A stretch of 64,000 bases of DNA. Source: Candidatus Binatia bacterium (GTDB lineage: Bacteria; Desulfobacterota; Binatia; HRBIN30). The translations under genes were made by a program, and so were the position numbers. The stretch lies in contig JBBRSP010000008.1 in the NCBI GenBank assembly GCA_038245295.1, positions 177,985-241,984 of the forward strand, read 5' to 3'. The notes beneath the pieces were generated by a model. It saw only the letters and a program-made list of their open reading frames with translations. It made no database searches and was not told where the DNA came from. Of this stretch, positions 1 through 9,919 are shown one piece after another (position 1 is the first letter of the stretch; each line of letters starts with the position of its first letter).

Positions 1-1067
1 ACTTCCGCGGCGATCCGTCCTCGGCGCTGCTCGAAGTGCTCGACCCGGAGCAGAACTCGGCGTTCGTCGATCACTACCTCGACGTGCCGTTCGATCTGTC
101 GAAGGTCATGTTCGTCACCACCGCCAACGTCCTCGATACCATCCCGCCGCCTCTGCGTGATCGGATGGAGGTCATCGAGCTGGTCGGATACACGGAGGAG
201 GACAAGCTCCATATCGCGCGGCAGCACCTGATCCCCAAGCAGATCGGCGAGAACGGATTGAAGCCCGAGCTGATCGAGTTCACCGATGAAGGCCTGATGC
301 ACCTCATCCGCCACTACACGCGTGAAGCCGGATTACGCAACATCGAACGCGAGATCGGTAGTCTCTGCCGCAAGGTGGCGCGCGCCTACACCGAGGGCAA
401 GACGGATCTGGTGACCATCGATCCGGCCAAGGTTCAGGAGCTGTTGGGTCCCGAGAAATTCTTCTCGGAGATCGCCGAACGTACCCAGGATCCTGGCGTC
501 GCGATTGGCCTCGCCTGGACGCCGATGGGCGGCGAGATCATGTTCATGGAGTCGACCAAGATGGCCGGCAAGAAGGGCCTGACCCTAACCGGACAGCTCG
601 GCGACGTAATGAAGGAGTCGGCGCAGGCGGCGCTCAGTTACATTCGCTCACACGCCGAGGCGCTCGGTATCGCGCCGGACTTCTTCGAGAACGTCGATAT
701 CCACGTGCACGTCCCCGCCGGCGCCGTGCCCAAGGACGGCCCGTCGGCCGGCGTAACCCTGGCGACTTCGCTGGTGTCTTTGCTGACGCGGCGCCTGGTC
801 CGTCACGACGTTGCAATGACCGGTGAAATCACCCTGCGCGGTAAGGTGATGCCCGTTGGCGGCATCAAGGAGAAAGTGCTGGGTGCGCGCCGCGCCGGCA
901 TTCGAACCATCCTGCTGCCGCGACGCAACGAAAAGGACTTGCTCGATATCCCCGAAGCGGTGCGTAACGAGATGACCTTCCATCTGATGGATACAATCGA
1001 CGATGTTCTACAGCACGCGCTCGAGCCGCTCGCCGGCGCGACGCCGCTGCGCGCTGCCGCGTCCTAA
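1..1067 (+). CDS. lon: ATP-dependent Lon protease (5' truncated by window edge)
   Basis: Frame is open from nt 3 ([18 protein letters not shown]). Has DRMEVI and GLAWT motifs, catalytic Ser in PKDGPSAG and Lys in GGIKEK. Confidence 0.97.
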   Translation, partial: FRGDPSSALLEVLDPEQNSAFVDHYLDVPFDLSKVMFVTTANVLDTIPPPLRDRMEVIELVGYTEEDKLHIARQHLIPKQIGENGLKPELIEFTDEGLMHLIRHYTREAGLRNIEREIGSLCRKVARAYTEGKTDLVTIDPAKVQELLGPEKFFSEIAERTQDPGVAIGLAWTPMGGEIMFMESTKMAGKKGLTLTGQLGDVMKESAQAALSYIRSHAEALGIAPDFFENVDIHVHVPAGAVPKDGPSAGVTLATSLVSLLTRRLVRHDVAMTGEITLRGKVMPVGGIKEKVLGARRAGIRTILLPRRNEKDLLDIPEAVRNEMTFHLMDTIDDVLQHALEPLAGATPLRAAAS

Positions 1068-1109
1068 CCCTCACCCCGGCCCTCTCCCGCGAAAATGCGG
1101 GAGAGGGAG
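1068..1109. repeat. REP-like extragenic palindrome (CCCTCACCCC-N-CCCTCTCCC...GGGAGAGGG type)
   Basis: Starts right after the lon stop. 11-bp perfect stem CCCTCTCCCGC (1080-1090) / GCGGGAGAGGG (1097-1107), loop GAAAAT, preceded by CCCTCACCCC. Confidence 0.7.
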
Positions 1110-1298
1110 CTCTCTCTCTGGATTGATGATTTCAGCACTGGCCCCCGCTGGCCGGTTCTTCTTCTGGCTCCTTCGCTGAAAGCCTTCTCGGTTCGACCGA
1201 ACCGTGCACCCGGACCCCGAACCCTCGCCCGTGCAAAACCGGGTGATCGTTAGTCCCCAGCCTTGGGGCATACCCGGCCCTACGCTAAACGATCGACA

Positions 1299-2741
1299 AT
1301 GCGCGTGATCTTCGCCTCGTCGGAGGCGGTGCCGTTCGCTAAGACCGGCGGCCTTGGCGACGTTGTCGGCAGCTTGCCGCGCGCCCTGGCGCGCGACGGT
1401 GTCGACGTCAGTATCATTCTCCCAGCCTACGGATTCATTGATCGCGGGCGCTACACTGTTGAAGCCACCGGTTGGCAGTTGTCGGTGCCCGTGTCGGACC
1501 GCTTGGTGTCATCAGGAGTCTTACGAGCCGACCTCGGTGACGGGGTGAACGCGTTTCTGATCGACGCGCCGCAGTACTTTGCGCGCCCGGGTCTCTATGG
1601 CGAAGGCGGTAGCGACTATACCGATAATGCCGAGCGCTTCGCCTTCTTCAGTCGCGCCATTCTCGAGACCTTACGCTGCTTGCCCGCAATCGACGTGCTG
1701 CACTGTCACGATTGGCAAGCCGCGATGGCGATCGCGTTCTTACGTGCCGACGCCGCACGCTACTCCGACCTGCAACACACACGCGCGGTGCTGACGATCC
1801 ACAACCTCGGATACCAGGGTGTGTTCTGGAAGAATGATTGGCATCTGCTCGGGCTGGACTGGAAGCTCTTCCACATGGAGGCGCTGGAGTTCTACGACCA
1901 GATCAATTTCCTCAAGGGCGGCATCGAGTTCGCCGACGCGCTCACCACCGTGAGCCCGACCTACGCGCGCGAGATCCAGAGCCCCGAATTCGGTTGGGGC
2001 CTCGATGGCGTCTTGCGGCGGCGTGCCGCCGTGCTGCGGGGAATCCTGAACGGTGTCGACTACGCGATCTGGTCGCCGGAACACGACGCAACTCTGCCGG
2101 CACGCTACTCGGCGGCCGACCGCGCCGGCAAGGCGATTTGCAAACGTCTCCTGCAGGAGCGCTCCAACCTGCCACAAGAGGGCGGCCTGCCGGTGGCGGG
2201 GGTCGTCTCACGCCTGGCTTTGCAGAAGGGCTTCGATCTCATTGGAGATCCCTTCGCGGCGCTGCCACATCTACCCTTCCAATTAATCGTCCTCGGCGCC
2301 GGTGACGCAAAGATCGAAGCGGCGCTCGGCCAACTCGTCGAGCGCTATCCCGAACGGATGGCTTTGCATCGTGGGTTCTCGGATGATCTGGCGCACCTGA
2401 TTGAAGCGGGCAGTGACATGTTCTTGATGCCGTCGCGCTACGAACCCTGCGGGCTCAATCAAATGTACAGCTTGCGCTACGGGACCATTCCCATCGTGCG
2501 CGCCACCGGCGGGCTGGCCGACAGCGTCATCGATGCCGATGAGCGGCCCGGCTTCGGCAACGGGTTCAAGTTCCACGCTTATACTCCCGAGGCGCTGTAC
2601 TTCGCCCTGTCACGGGCGTTGTACGCCTATCGCGATCGACCAGCCTGGGAGAATCTGACCGGCAACGCGATGGCGGCCGACTTCTCGTGGGAACGCTCGG
2701 CGCGCGAATACCTGGCGCTGTACTCGTCGCTGTCCGGGTAG
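1299..2741 (+). CDS. glgA: Glycogen synthase (GT5)
   Basis: KTGGLGDV ADP-glucose motif, HCHDWQ, TIHNLGYQG, PSRYEPCGL. ATG at 1299 preferred over TTG at 1263. Confidence 0.96.
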   Translation: MRVIFASSEAVPFAKTGGLGDVVGSLPRALARDGVDVSIILPAYGFIDRGRYTVEATGWQLSVPVSDRLVSSGVLRADLGDGVNAFLIDAPQYFARPGLYGEGGSDYTDNAERFAFFSRAILETLRCLPAIDVLHCHDWQAAMAIAFLRADAARYSDLQHTRAVLTIHNLGYQGVFWKNDWHLLGLDWKLFHMEALEFYDQINFLKGGIEFADALTTVSPTYAREIQSPEFGWGLDGVLRRRAAVLRGILNGVDYAIWSPEHDATLPARYSAADRAGKAICKRLLQERSNLPQEGGLPVAGVVSRLALQKGFDLIGDPFAALPHLPFQLIVLGAGDAKIEAALGQLVERYPERMALHRGFSDDLAHLIEAGSDMFLMPSRYEPCGLNQMYSLRYGTIPIVRATGGLADSVIDADERPGFGNGFKFHAYTPEALYFALSRALYAYRDRPAWENLTGNAMAADFSWERSAREYLALYSSLSG

Positions 2742-2764
2742 CCCCCGCCCCTGCGCGCTAGGGG

Positions 2765-4558
2765 CTACGCCGGCTGACGCCGCGGCGCCGGAGTCGGCGG
2801 TGCCGCACACGTCGGGTCCGCCTTGATCAAGTCAGCGATCGGCACATCCATGCTGCTGAACAGAACACCGCTGTCGGGTTTGCGGTACGTCATAATCTCG
2901 TGCCCGGGATAACAACGCTTGAGCGCGTTAATGGCGGCGAATTGTTGGCCCATCAGGAGAAACGTGACGGCGCGACTGCGCTCGATGCCGCCCGGGATCA
3001 CCGTGGTTTCGATGCTGTCATAGTCGGGACAGAAGAGCGGCACGGCGTCGCTGCGCAGCAACGGGTCGGCGCCGGGCAGAACATAGAAGTGGCGACCGTC
3101 ACAGTGTTCGGCCAGGAAACGCATGGCGGCAGACCATGGCATATCCTTGCCGTCGCCGCGTGTGTAATCGGTGAACAGGAGACGATAGTTCTCGCCGCCG
3201 ATCCACACGGCCAGGGCGAGAACGAGGAGCGGCCGGACCGTACGGCCGTAGCGGGTCGGTGGTGCGCTCATGCTGCGCAGAATGCTGTCGACGGCGAATC
3301 CGCCGAGCAGCACCAGAGCCGGCAACGCCGCGGCAAGCCGGTACGAGGCGCGCGGCGAGTCGGTGAGGGCGACGCCGGCGATGAAGGTAATGGCCGCCCA
3401 CATCGCGACGAGTAGGGCCGGCGCCGACCCCTCGAGCAAGGCGAAACACAAACCGGCAATCACCAGGACCAGGGTTACGGGATCGAAGAGTCCCGCGGGC
3501 GATCGGTTCAGCACGGCGACATCGGCCCATTGCGTGAACATCCGCGAGGACTCGGTCACGTTCCGCCGCAGCAGGCTCGACCAGTCGTAGAGCCCATAGC
3601 GTCGTGTCATTTCGTCGAAGATGCCCGGTCGCGTGATGAGGATGTCCTGCGAGTGTCCGGCCAGTGCTTTGGCGCCGACGAACCAAACGATGGGAGCAAG
3701 TGCCAGCAGCATCGGCACGGCGAAGATGCTGAGCGCGCGCAGCGCTTCATCCGCCGAGTAGCGGAGATGCCGCAGCATACCGACGAGAGCGAACGGCAGG
3801 ATCGGCAGCAGGATGCGGACCGGAAAGTAGAACTCCAACGCGAGGGCGGTGACGACACCGGCGATGGCCAGACGGCGCTCGTTGCGATCCTGGAGCGCCG
3901 ACACCAGAAAATAGAGTGCCAGCGGCGGCATGCTGGATGACTGGGGGAAGGGAAAACCGGTCCGACTGTTGTGCAGGTGCCAAAAGCCCACGGCCATCAG
4001 GAAAGCCGCCACCATGGCGGTGCGTGGGGAGAACAGCCGGCGCCCCAGCAGGAACGTGAACCAGATGCCGCACAAGCCGGTGAGGGCCGAGGCGATGCGC
4101 AACGCGTGGAATGGCTCGAAGAGGCCGGTGCGAATGATCAGGGCGGCCGGCGCGAAGGTCAGGTTCGGCAACGAGAACCAGCCGATGCTGGCAAAGGCGT
4201 TCGGCGCCTGACCCATCGCCATGCGATACGAATCGAGCATCGGCAGCAGCTCGTCGACACTGATGTTGGCCGGAATGTCGTAGATGCGCGGCAGACGAAG
4301 AGCCGCCGCGCCAACCAGGATGATCGCCAGGGCCCACATCTCGCCGACACCGACTCGTTCCCAGCGTCGCATCGCGCCGGCGAAGCTGAGGGCGAAACCA
4401 AGCAAGCCCATCGCCCAGAGTGCGAAGCCGACGCCGTAATGATTACCGTTCGTGTGCCAGGTGACGATGCCGATCACGGTGAGGGCCAGACCGACGAGGC
4501 GAGCTGGCCAGCCCTCAAGGCGGGAGGGCGTGGTGTCGGCGGACTGATCGATGTTCAT
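2765..4558 (-). CDS. GT-C fold glycosyltransferase (GT39/PMT/ArnT-like), polytopic membrane protein
   Basis: Many TM segments, acidic 'VDE' loop after the early TM helices, LGRRLF and WHLHNSR-type motifs, extracytoplasmic C-terminal domain. Confidence 0.75.
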   Translation of the reverse strand: MNIDQSADTTPSRLEGWPARLVGLALTVIGIVTWHTNGNHYGVGFALWAMGLLGFALSFAGAMRRWERVGVGEMWALAIILVGAAALRLPRIYDIPANISVDELLPMLDSYRMAMGQAPNAFASIGWFSLPNLTFAPAALIIRTGLFEPFHALRIASALTGLCGIWFTFLLGRRLFSPRTAMVAAFLMAVGFWHLHNSRTGFPFPQSSSMPPLALYFLVSALQDRNERRLAIAGVVTALALEFYFPVRILLPILPFALVGMLRHLRYSADEALRALSIFAVPMLLALAPIVWFVGAKALAGHSQDILITRPGIFDEMTRRYGLYDWSSLLRRNVTESSRMFTQWADVAVLNRSPAGLFDPVTLVLVIAGLCFALLEGSAPALLVAMWAAITFIAGVALTDSPRASYRLAAALPALVLLGGFAVDSILRSMSAPPTRYGRTVRPLLVLALAVWIGGENYRLLFTDYTRGDGKDMPWSAAMRFLAEHCDGRHFYVLPGADPLLRSDAVPLFCPDYDSIETTVIPGGIERSRAVTFLLMGQQFAAINALKRCYPGHEIMTYRKPDSGVLFSSMDVPIADLIKADPTCAAPPTPAPRRQPA

Positions 4559-4583
4559 AGGAATACAAACGAGTGAGATCTGC

Positions 4584-5357
4584 CTATGAGTGCCATGCCT
4601 GCACGGCCCAAGGCAGGACTACGAGGAGTTGAATCGCATCGAACACGCCGTGTGCCACGATACACGGCAGTAGCTGACCGGTGCGTTGAAACAAACGACC
4701 GATAACCAGGGAGATCACTAGAACTCCGACAACCAGGAATGGCAATCCGTAACTGAAGTGACCACACGCGAACAGCAGACTCGACGGGATCAACCCATAA
4801 CGCGTCTGCAAGAAGCCACGGAAGAACGCCTCCTCGATGGTCATTGCCGCAGTGATGATGAGGAGCTTGTGGCCAATCGGTAACGTTGCCATCCACGAGA
4901 CAACGGGTGGGATCTTGTCGGGCTCTGCCGCGACTCCGGCGCCCGCAACCGCCGTGGCAATCACCATGGTGACGGCCAACGTCAACGCCCAACCGGTCAA
5001 CCCGGCCTGGAGACCGCTCCAGATCTGTCCCGGCACGTCGTTGAACGACAGGTGCAAAAAGCCGGCCGGTGTCTCGCTGCGGCCAATCCCCCACCACAAC
5101 ACCAGAAAGGCGGTGAGCGCGAAATGACCAACAAACAGGGTAGGGAACCAGATCTCTTCCGGCTTGATCTCGTCGCCGGCGCCGAATTCGCTGATCGGTA
5201 GGAACACCACGAGACCGAGGATGGCCGCAAGAAGGAGCAGACCCGCGGCTTGCGCGATTGGATTGTGAAACTCGCGGCGATGTGGCGCCAGACCGACGAC
5301 AGCGAACGCGCTCACCGCGAGCAGCCCGAGCAGCAGGGCGAGATGGAGTTGATTCAC
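4584..5357 (-). CDS. CPBP (CAAX/Abi) family intramembrane protease
   Basis: EEAFFRG, FACGH and AHGVFD motifs. GTG start at 5357 inferred. Confidence 0.9.
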   Translation of the reverse strand: MNQLHLALLLGLLAVSAFAVVGLAPHRREFHNPIAQAAGLLLLAAILGLVVFLPISEFGAGDEIKPEEIWFPTLFVGHFALTAFLVLWWGIGRSETPAGFLHLSFNDVPGQIWSGLQAGLTGWALTLAVTMVIATAVAGAGVAAEPDKIPPVVSWMATLPIGHKLLIITAAMTIEEAFFRGFLQTRYGLIPSSLLFACGHFSYGLPFLVVGVLVISLVIGRLFQRTGQLLPCIVAHGVFDAIQLLVVLPWAVQAWHS

Positions 5358-5430
5358 CGCCCTAGGAAACCGAGAACGCGGCGGCAGGTCAAGGTTGCAC
5401 CCGGGTAACGACACGCAAGGCCAAACCTAC

Positions 5431-6372
5431 TCATCCAGCCAGGGCCAATCCGTCGGCGATGCGCTCATCGACATTGCCTTGGCGATCGCCAAGGCGGTCG
5501 GCGCCTTCGAGCAGCGGTCGTAAGCCGCGATGGTTGGCGAGTTGAATGCCGAGTCCGGGGCGGGCGTTGAGCTCGAGGATCACGGGGCCGCGTTGGGCAT
5601 CGACCACTACGTCGATCCCGAAGTAACCGAGGCGAATGGCGTCGTAGCTGGCGGCCGATATCTCCAGGATGCGGTTCCAACCGCTGAGCTCGATGGTGCG
5701 TAGCGGTGCTGCCGTGTCGGGATGGCGCTCGATCGCGGTGTGATTCCAGATCGCATGCGTCGGTTTGCCGGTTGCCAGGGAAAGCCCAACACCGATGCCG
5801 CCAACGTGCAGGTTGGCGCGCCCATCGGAGGCACGGGTCGGTAGCCGCAGCATTGCCATCAGCGGAATGCCGTGCACGACGATGACACGAATGTCGGGGA
5901 CGCCGCCGGGGCTGAACGCGGCGAGGGAGGCGTCACAGTCGAGCCGTTCTTCGACGAGGACTTCATCGCGGTGCCGCGCCAGGGCGAAGGCGCCGGCCAG
6001 GATATCGGCGGCATGGATCGCGATATCGCGATCGCGGACCACGATGCCGCTGGGACGCTGCCAAACGCCCGCTGCGCGACCAAGCACCAGGACACCCTCG
6101 CCGCCGGCCCCGTGCGACGGCTTGATCACACAGGAAGTATACGCGGCGAGATCTGTCGCCAGGGAGCTCAGGCTGCCATTCGTGGCGTAGCGCGCATAGG
6201 TCGCCGGCACCGGCAAGCCGTGGCGCTCGAGCAGTTCCTTGGTTCGCACCTTGTTGTCGACCAGGGCCACCAATGGCGCTGCATTCAACCGGATCATGTA
6301 TTCCTGATTGCGGCGGTTGAGTCCTAGAACTTCGCGACGCAGTAGGCGCAATCTTTGGATCAGCTGTTCCAC
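5431..6372 (-). CDS. Alpha-L-glutamate ligase-like (RimK-related) ATP-grasp protein
   Basis: LGLNRRN, VDNK, IKPSHGAGGEG, PDIRVI, ANLHVGG and LELNARPGL motifs. Real start probably the GTG at 6372, overlapping the upstream stop. Confidence 0.9.
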   Translation of the reverse strand: MEQLIQRLRLLRREVLGLNRRNQEYMIRLNAAPLVALVDNKVRTKELLERHGLPVPATYARYATNGSLSSLATDLAAYTSCVIKPSHGAGGEGVLVLGRAAGVWQRPSGIVVRDRDIAIHAADILAGAFALARHRDEVLVEERLDCDASLAAFSPGGVPDIRVIVVHGIPLMAMLRLPTRASDGRANLHVGGIGVGLSLATGKPTHAIWNHTAIERHPDTAAPLRTIELSGWNRILEISAASYDAIRLGYFGIDVVVDAQRGPVILELNARPGLGIQLANHRGLRPLLEGADRLGDRQGNVDERIADGLALAG

Positions 6373-8564
6373 GGAGCCCGCTTTCCGCTCAGCGACCAGA
6401 ACCGCTTGTATTCGAGCAGGCGCAGGCCGCGTACCTTGCCAAGCACGACGTCGACGACGATGGCCGCAACCAACAGCTCGGGGAAGGTCAGCAGCACCGA
6501 CTGTAAGTCGCCCGCTTCCACGACGAGGTTGCAGAGTGCCGCGAGCATCAGGGTGTTGAGGGTGAGGCGCACAGCTTCGCGCGTGCCGAACTCGGCGCGC
6601 GACGAGGTGAAGTTCTCGATCATGTTCGACATGATCACCATGGGGAAAATGCTGACGTTCATCAGCGGGCCAATGCCGAAATAGGCGCCGAGCACGGTGA
6701 GGCCGGCCATGATTCCGGCGACCACGGCGATCAGAATGGCGAGGCGCGCGACGAGTTGCAGGCGCACATGTTGCAAGAGCGTGCGCACCGTCGCGCCGAC
6801 GCCGACAATCACGGCAAAGATAGCGACGCCCCAACGCAGACCGGTCGTCAAGAAGGCCAGCGAGACAATGACGGGTGAGAAGACGCCGAAGGTTTCGATG
6901 CCGACCACGGTGCGCAGCACGACGACCATGGCGGCGATCACCGGCAAGACGAGAATCAGTGTCAGGGCCTGCAAGGGCACTTGCGCGCGAACGGCGCGTG
7001 CCCAGGCGCCGAGCACATGGCGGCGCCACGGGCTGAAGTCGGCGACGACGCGCGCATCGACGATCTCCGGCTGCAGGTCCCACTTGGCGCCTTCTTCTTC
7101 CATCGGAACCCCGTCGAGCACGTTGGCGCGCACCATCTCCCAGAGGCCGAGCATTCCGGCGGGGCGGTTGATCAGCACGACCTGACCGGCATCGATCAGG
7201 TGTTGCAAGACGCCGCCGAGCATCTGCCCGGCCGACCGTCGAAAGCGGCCGGCGACGACGATGCGCACGTCGCCGAGCTGCAGGTCCTGTTCGCCCAGAG
7301 CCAGCAGCCCATAGAGCCCGGCGTCGTCGTGTGTCGCCACGAGCAGCACATGGGCGTTGCGAATGAGCGTTAGGTTGTTGCTGATGAGACGCTGCAGATA
7401 CTGCTCGCGAAAATAGCGGGATTCAAAAGGAGCATGCAGAATCACCAGGTCGATCTCCGCTTCGTGGGCTTCGCGTAGCATCCGTTCGGTTACGTCGTCG
7501 GCAATCGTCGAGTCGGCGATGACGACGACCGAAGCCACCGGCCGCTCGACGTATTCAGACAGGGTGCGTAACGTCTCGGTCCCGAGCACGGCAGGCGGAC
7601 GCGCGGTGTGCGCCGCTGATGGGCGCGCGGCGGCAGGATCCTTGCGCACGCGATGCATGAGGAAGTCGTAGTCCACGCCGACGCTGCCGGAGTGGACGAT
7701 CAGCGGCAGATCGTCGTGGTACAAGGCCAGATACTGATTCGGAATCCAGCCGAAGTAACCGCCACCGGGATCAATCGGGATCCAGCGGCCGCCGGCGTAG
7801 ATCTCAACCCAGGCCGTCGTGGCGCGCTTCTTCTTCGCGTCTTCGAGCTTCAGGCCGCCGACCAGCCGGGCTGGGATATGGCTGGCACGCAGTAGGGCCA
7901 CGAGCAGACGCGCCTTGCCTGTCGAGTTGCCACTGCCGTTGTGCAGGACGGTAAGAGCATCCTGGCGTGCTTCACCCGGGCCGGTGCGCACGAAGGCGGC
8001 GACGTGTTGGAAGAGCGCCCAGGCGACGGCGTCGAGGGTCTGCGCATCGCCGATCAGACTCTCCGCAACGGCGCGCAGCTTAGGATCGTTGCTCTGCATC
8101 AGCGGCGACGGTTGAAGCGAGGTGGGATCCGTCTCCGGAGCAACAATCTCATTCAGAGGTAACGCGGGCACCGTGTCGGTCGAATCGGCGACCGCCGCGG
8201 TGAAGTCGACGCGCAGGTCGGCGGCTTCCGCACCGCGCTGTCGGAAGACACCCCACAAATTGGCATTCGACGTTTCCTCGCGGAACTCGAACGTCGGTGC
8301 GTCGACGTGACGCTCGAGCATCATCTGTCGGGAGTCGGAGAGCGGCAGGAGCACCTGAACACGGCTGCCAGGCGAGTCCCCCTTCAGCTTGAGGAGCAAC
8401 TGAACGCGCCAGTACGTGGTTTGTGGTGAGGTGGGTCGTTCGCGCGGCGCGGCAACGTCACCGCCGCCGGTGAACACTTCCGTGCGCGGCGTCGCGGTCG
8501 GGTGAACTTGCGGCGTGGCAGTCGCGGCCAACAGCCACACCGTGAGACCGGTGAGCCAACGCAT
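6360..8564 (-). CDS. Inactive transglutaminase-like domain fused to C-terminal 7TM domain
   Basis: Signal peptide MRWLTGLTVWLLAATA. TGase-like core ALLRASHIPAR...AWVE...IDP with Cys and His replaced. C-terminal GIETFGVFSP...IFPMVI...LLEYKRF 7TM. The ORF-track extension to 9587 is antisense to the ACAD gene. Confidence 0.85.
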   Translation of the reverse strand: MRWLTGLTVWLLAATATPQVHPTATPRTEVFTGGGDVAAPRERPTSPQTTYWRVQLLLKLKGDSPGSRVQVLLPLSDSRQMMLERHVDAPTFEFREETSNANLWGVFRQRGAEAADLRVDFTAAVADSTDTVPALPLNEIVAPETDPTSLQPSPLMQSNDPKLRAVAESLIGDAQTLDAVAWALFQHVAAFVRTGPGEARQDALTVLHNGSGNSTGKARLLVALLRASHIPARLVGGLKLEDAKKKRATTAWVEIYAGGRWIPIDPGGGYFGWIPNQYLALYHDDLPLIVHSGSVGVDYDFLMHRVRKDPAAARPSAAHTARPPAVLGTETLRTLSEYVERPVASVVVIADSTIADDVTERMLREAHEAEIDLVILHAPFESRYFREQYLQRLISNNLTLIRNAHVLLVATHDDAGLYGLLALGEQDLQLGDVRIVVAGRFRRSAGQMLGGVLQHLIDAGQVVLINRPAGMLGLWEMVRANVLDGVPMEEEGAKWDLQPEIVDARVVADFSPWRRHVLGAWARAVRAQVPLQALTLILVLPVIAAMVVVLRTVVGIETFGVFSPVIVSLAFLTTGLRWGVAIFAVIVGVGATVRTLLQHVRLQLVARLAILIAVVAGIMAGLTVLGAYFGIGPLMNVSIFPMVIMSNMIENFTSSRAEFGTREAVRLTLNTLMLAALCNLVVEAGDLQSVLLTFPELLVAAIVVDVVLGKVRGLRLLEYKRFWSLSGKRAPWNS

Positions 8565-8648
8565 GTGACGATGGCTGTACCAGCGGCGACAGGGGCCTTC
8601 AAGCAAGCAGTCGGCGGAAGGGTTGCGGGTAGGGGTTTGCACCGGCTC

Positions 8649-8671
8649 CGCAGGCTGAAGCCTGCGCCTAC
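8649..8671 (-). repeat. GTAG-tagged REP-like palindrome
   Basis: Minus strand reads GTAG-G-CGCAGGCT-TC-AGCCTGCG, in a divergent intergenic region. Confidence 0.6.
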
Positions 8672-8756
8672 CCGTCGGTGCAATTGCTCCGACGCGACGA
8701 ACAGGATAACCACGGCGGTCGCGAGCACTTCCGAGTCGTTCACAGAGGAGCAGTAG

Positions 8757-9905
8757 ATGACGCCAGCTGATGTCCGTGAAGAAGTTCTTTCCACCGTGCG
8801 CCGTTTTGTCGACCGCGAGGTGATGCCGGTCGCCAGCGGGCTCGAGCACCGCAACGAGTATCCCACCGCGCTGGTCAAACGCATGAAGGAGCTCGGTCTG
8901 TTCGGTGCGACGATTCCGCAGGAGTACGGCGGACTCGAGCTCGACGTGACAACCTACGCGATGGTGGTCGAAGAGCTCTGCAAGGGCTGGATGAGTTTGA
9001 GCGGCGTGCTCAATACGCATCTGATGCTGGCCTTCATGCTGCGCATGCACGGCAGCGAGGAGCAGAAGCAGTGCTACCTGCCGGGAATGGCGCGTGGTGA
9101 TCACCACGGTGCACTGTGTCTCACTGAGCCACATGCCGGCAGCGACGTGCAGCGTATCCGCACGACGGCGGTGCGACGCGGCGACGACTACGTGTTGAAC
9201 GGCAGCAAGATGTTCATCACCAACGCGCGCAGCGCCACGCTGTATGCGATTGCCGCCAAGACCGATCCGAAGATCGATCCGCCGTACAAGGGCATGACCA
9301 TGTTCGTCGGCGAGAAGGGACCGGGGCTGACGGTCAGCCGCGACATCGACAAGCTCGGTTACAAAGGCATTGAGACCTGCGAAGTGAATTTCGAGGACTA
9401 CCATGTTCCGGCGGCCAACTTGATCGGCGGCAAAGAGGGGCAGGGCTTCTTTCAGGTGATGAGTGGACTTGAGGTAGGGCGGATCAATATCGCCGCGCGC
9501 GCCGTTGGTGTGGCCACGGCGGCGTTCGAGTGTGCCATCAAATATGCGCAGCAGCGCGAGACCTTCGGCAAGCCGATCGCCGAGCACCAGGCGATTCAGC
9601 TGAAGCTTGCGGACATGGCGACCAAGGTCGAGGCGGCTCGCCTACTCACCTACACCGCGGCCGCCAAGAAGGATCGTGGCGAGCGCTGCGACCTCGAAGC
9701 CGGCATGGCCAAGCTGTTCGCGTCGGAGACCTGCCTCGAAGTGGCGACCGAAGCGATGCGTATTCTTGGTGGTTACGGCTACACCGCCGAGTTCCCCGTC
9801 GAGCGTTACTTCCGCGATGCGCCGCTAATGATCATCGGCGAAGGCACCAACGAGATCCAGCGACTGGTCATCGCCAAGAACCTGCTGCAGAAGTACAAAA
9901 TCTGA
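8757..9905 (+). CDS. Acyl-CoA dehydrogenase
   Basis: LTEPHAGSD, NGSKMFIT, KLG, RETFGKPI and IGEGTNEIQR motifs. GAGGAG RBS. Confidence 0.95.
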   Translation: MTPADVREEVLSTVRRFVDREVMPVASGLEHRNEYPTALVKRMKELGLFGATIPQEYGGLELDVTTYAMVVEELCKGWMSLSGVLNTHLMLAFMLRMHGSEEQKQCYLPGMARGDHHGALCLTEPHAGSDVQRIRTTAVRRGDDYVLNGSKMFITNARSATLYAIAAKTDPKIDPPYKGMTMFVGEKGPGLTVSRDIDKLGYKGIETCEVNFEDYHVPAANLIGGKEGQGFFQVMSGLEVGRINIAARAVGVATAAFECAIKYAQQRETFGKPIAEHQAIQLKLADMATKVEAARLLTYTAAAKKDRGERCDLEAGMAKLFASETCLEVATEAMRILGGYGYTAEFPVERYFRDAPLMIIGEGTNEIQRLVIAKNLLQKYKI

Positions 9906-9919
9906 ACTTTCTGCTGTCT

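Noticed and set aside
1189..1204. Perfect inverted repeat CGGTTCG-AC-CGAACCG upstream of glgA
   Set aside because: Could be an operator, but it is short, single-copy here and not assignable to a regulator.
6373..7083. Arg-rich N-terminal extension of the ATP-grasp ORF
   Set aside because: Alternate frame overlapping the 7TM gene; no protein-like composition.
8565..9587. N-terminal 341 aa of the 1075-aa minus-strand ORF
   Set aside because: Mostly the antisense shadow of the acyl-CoA dehydrogenase. The real protein begins with a signal peptide at 8564.
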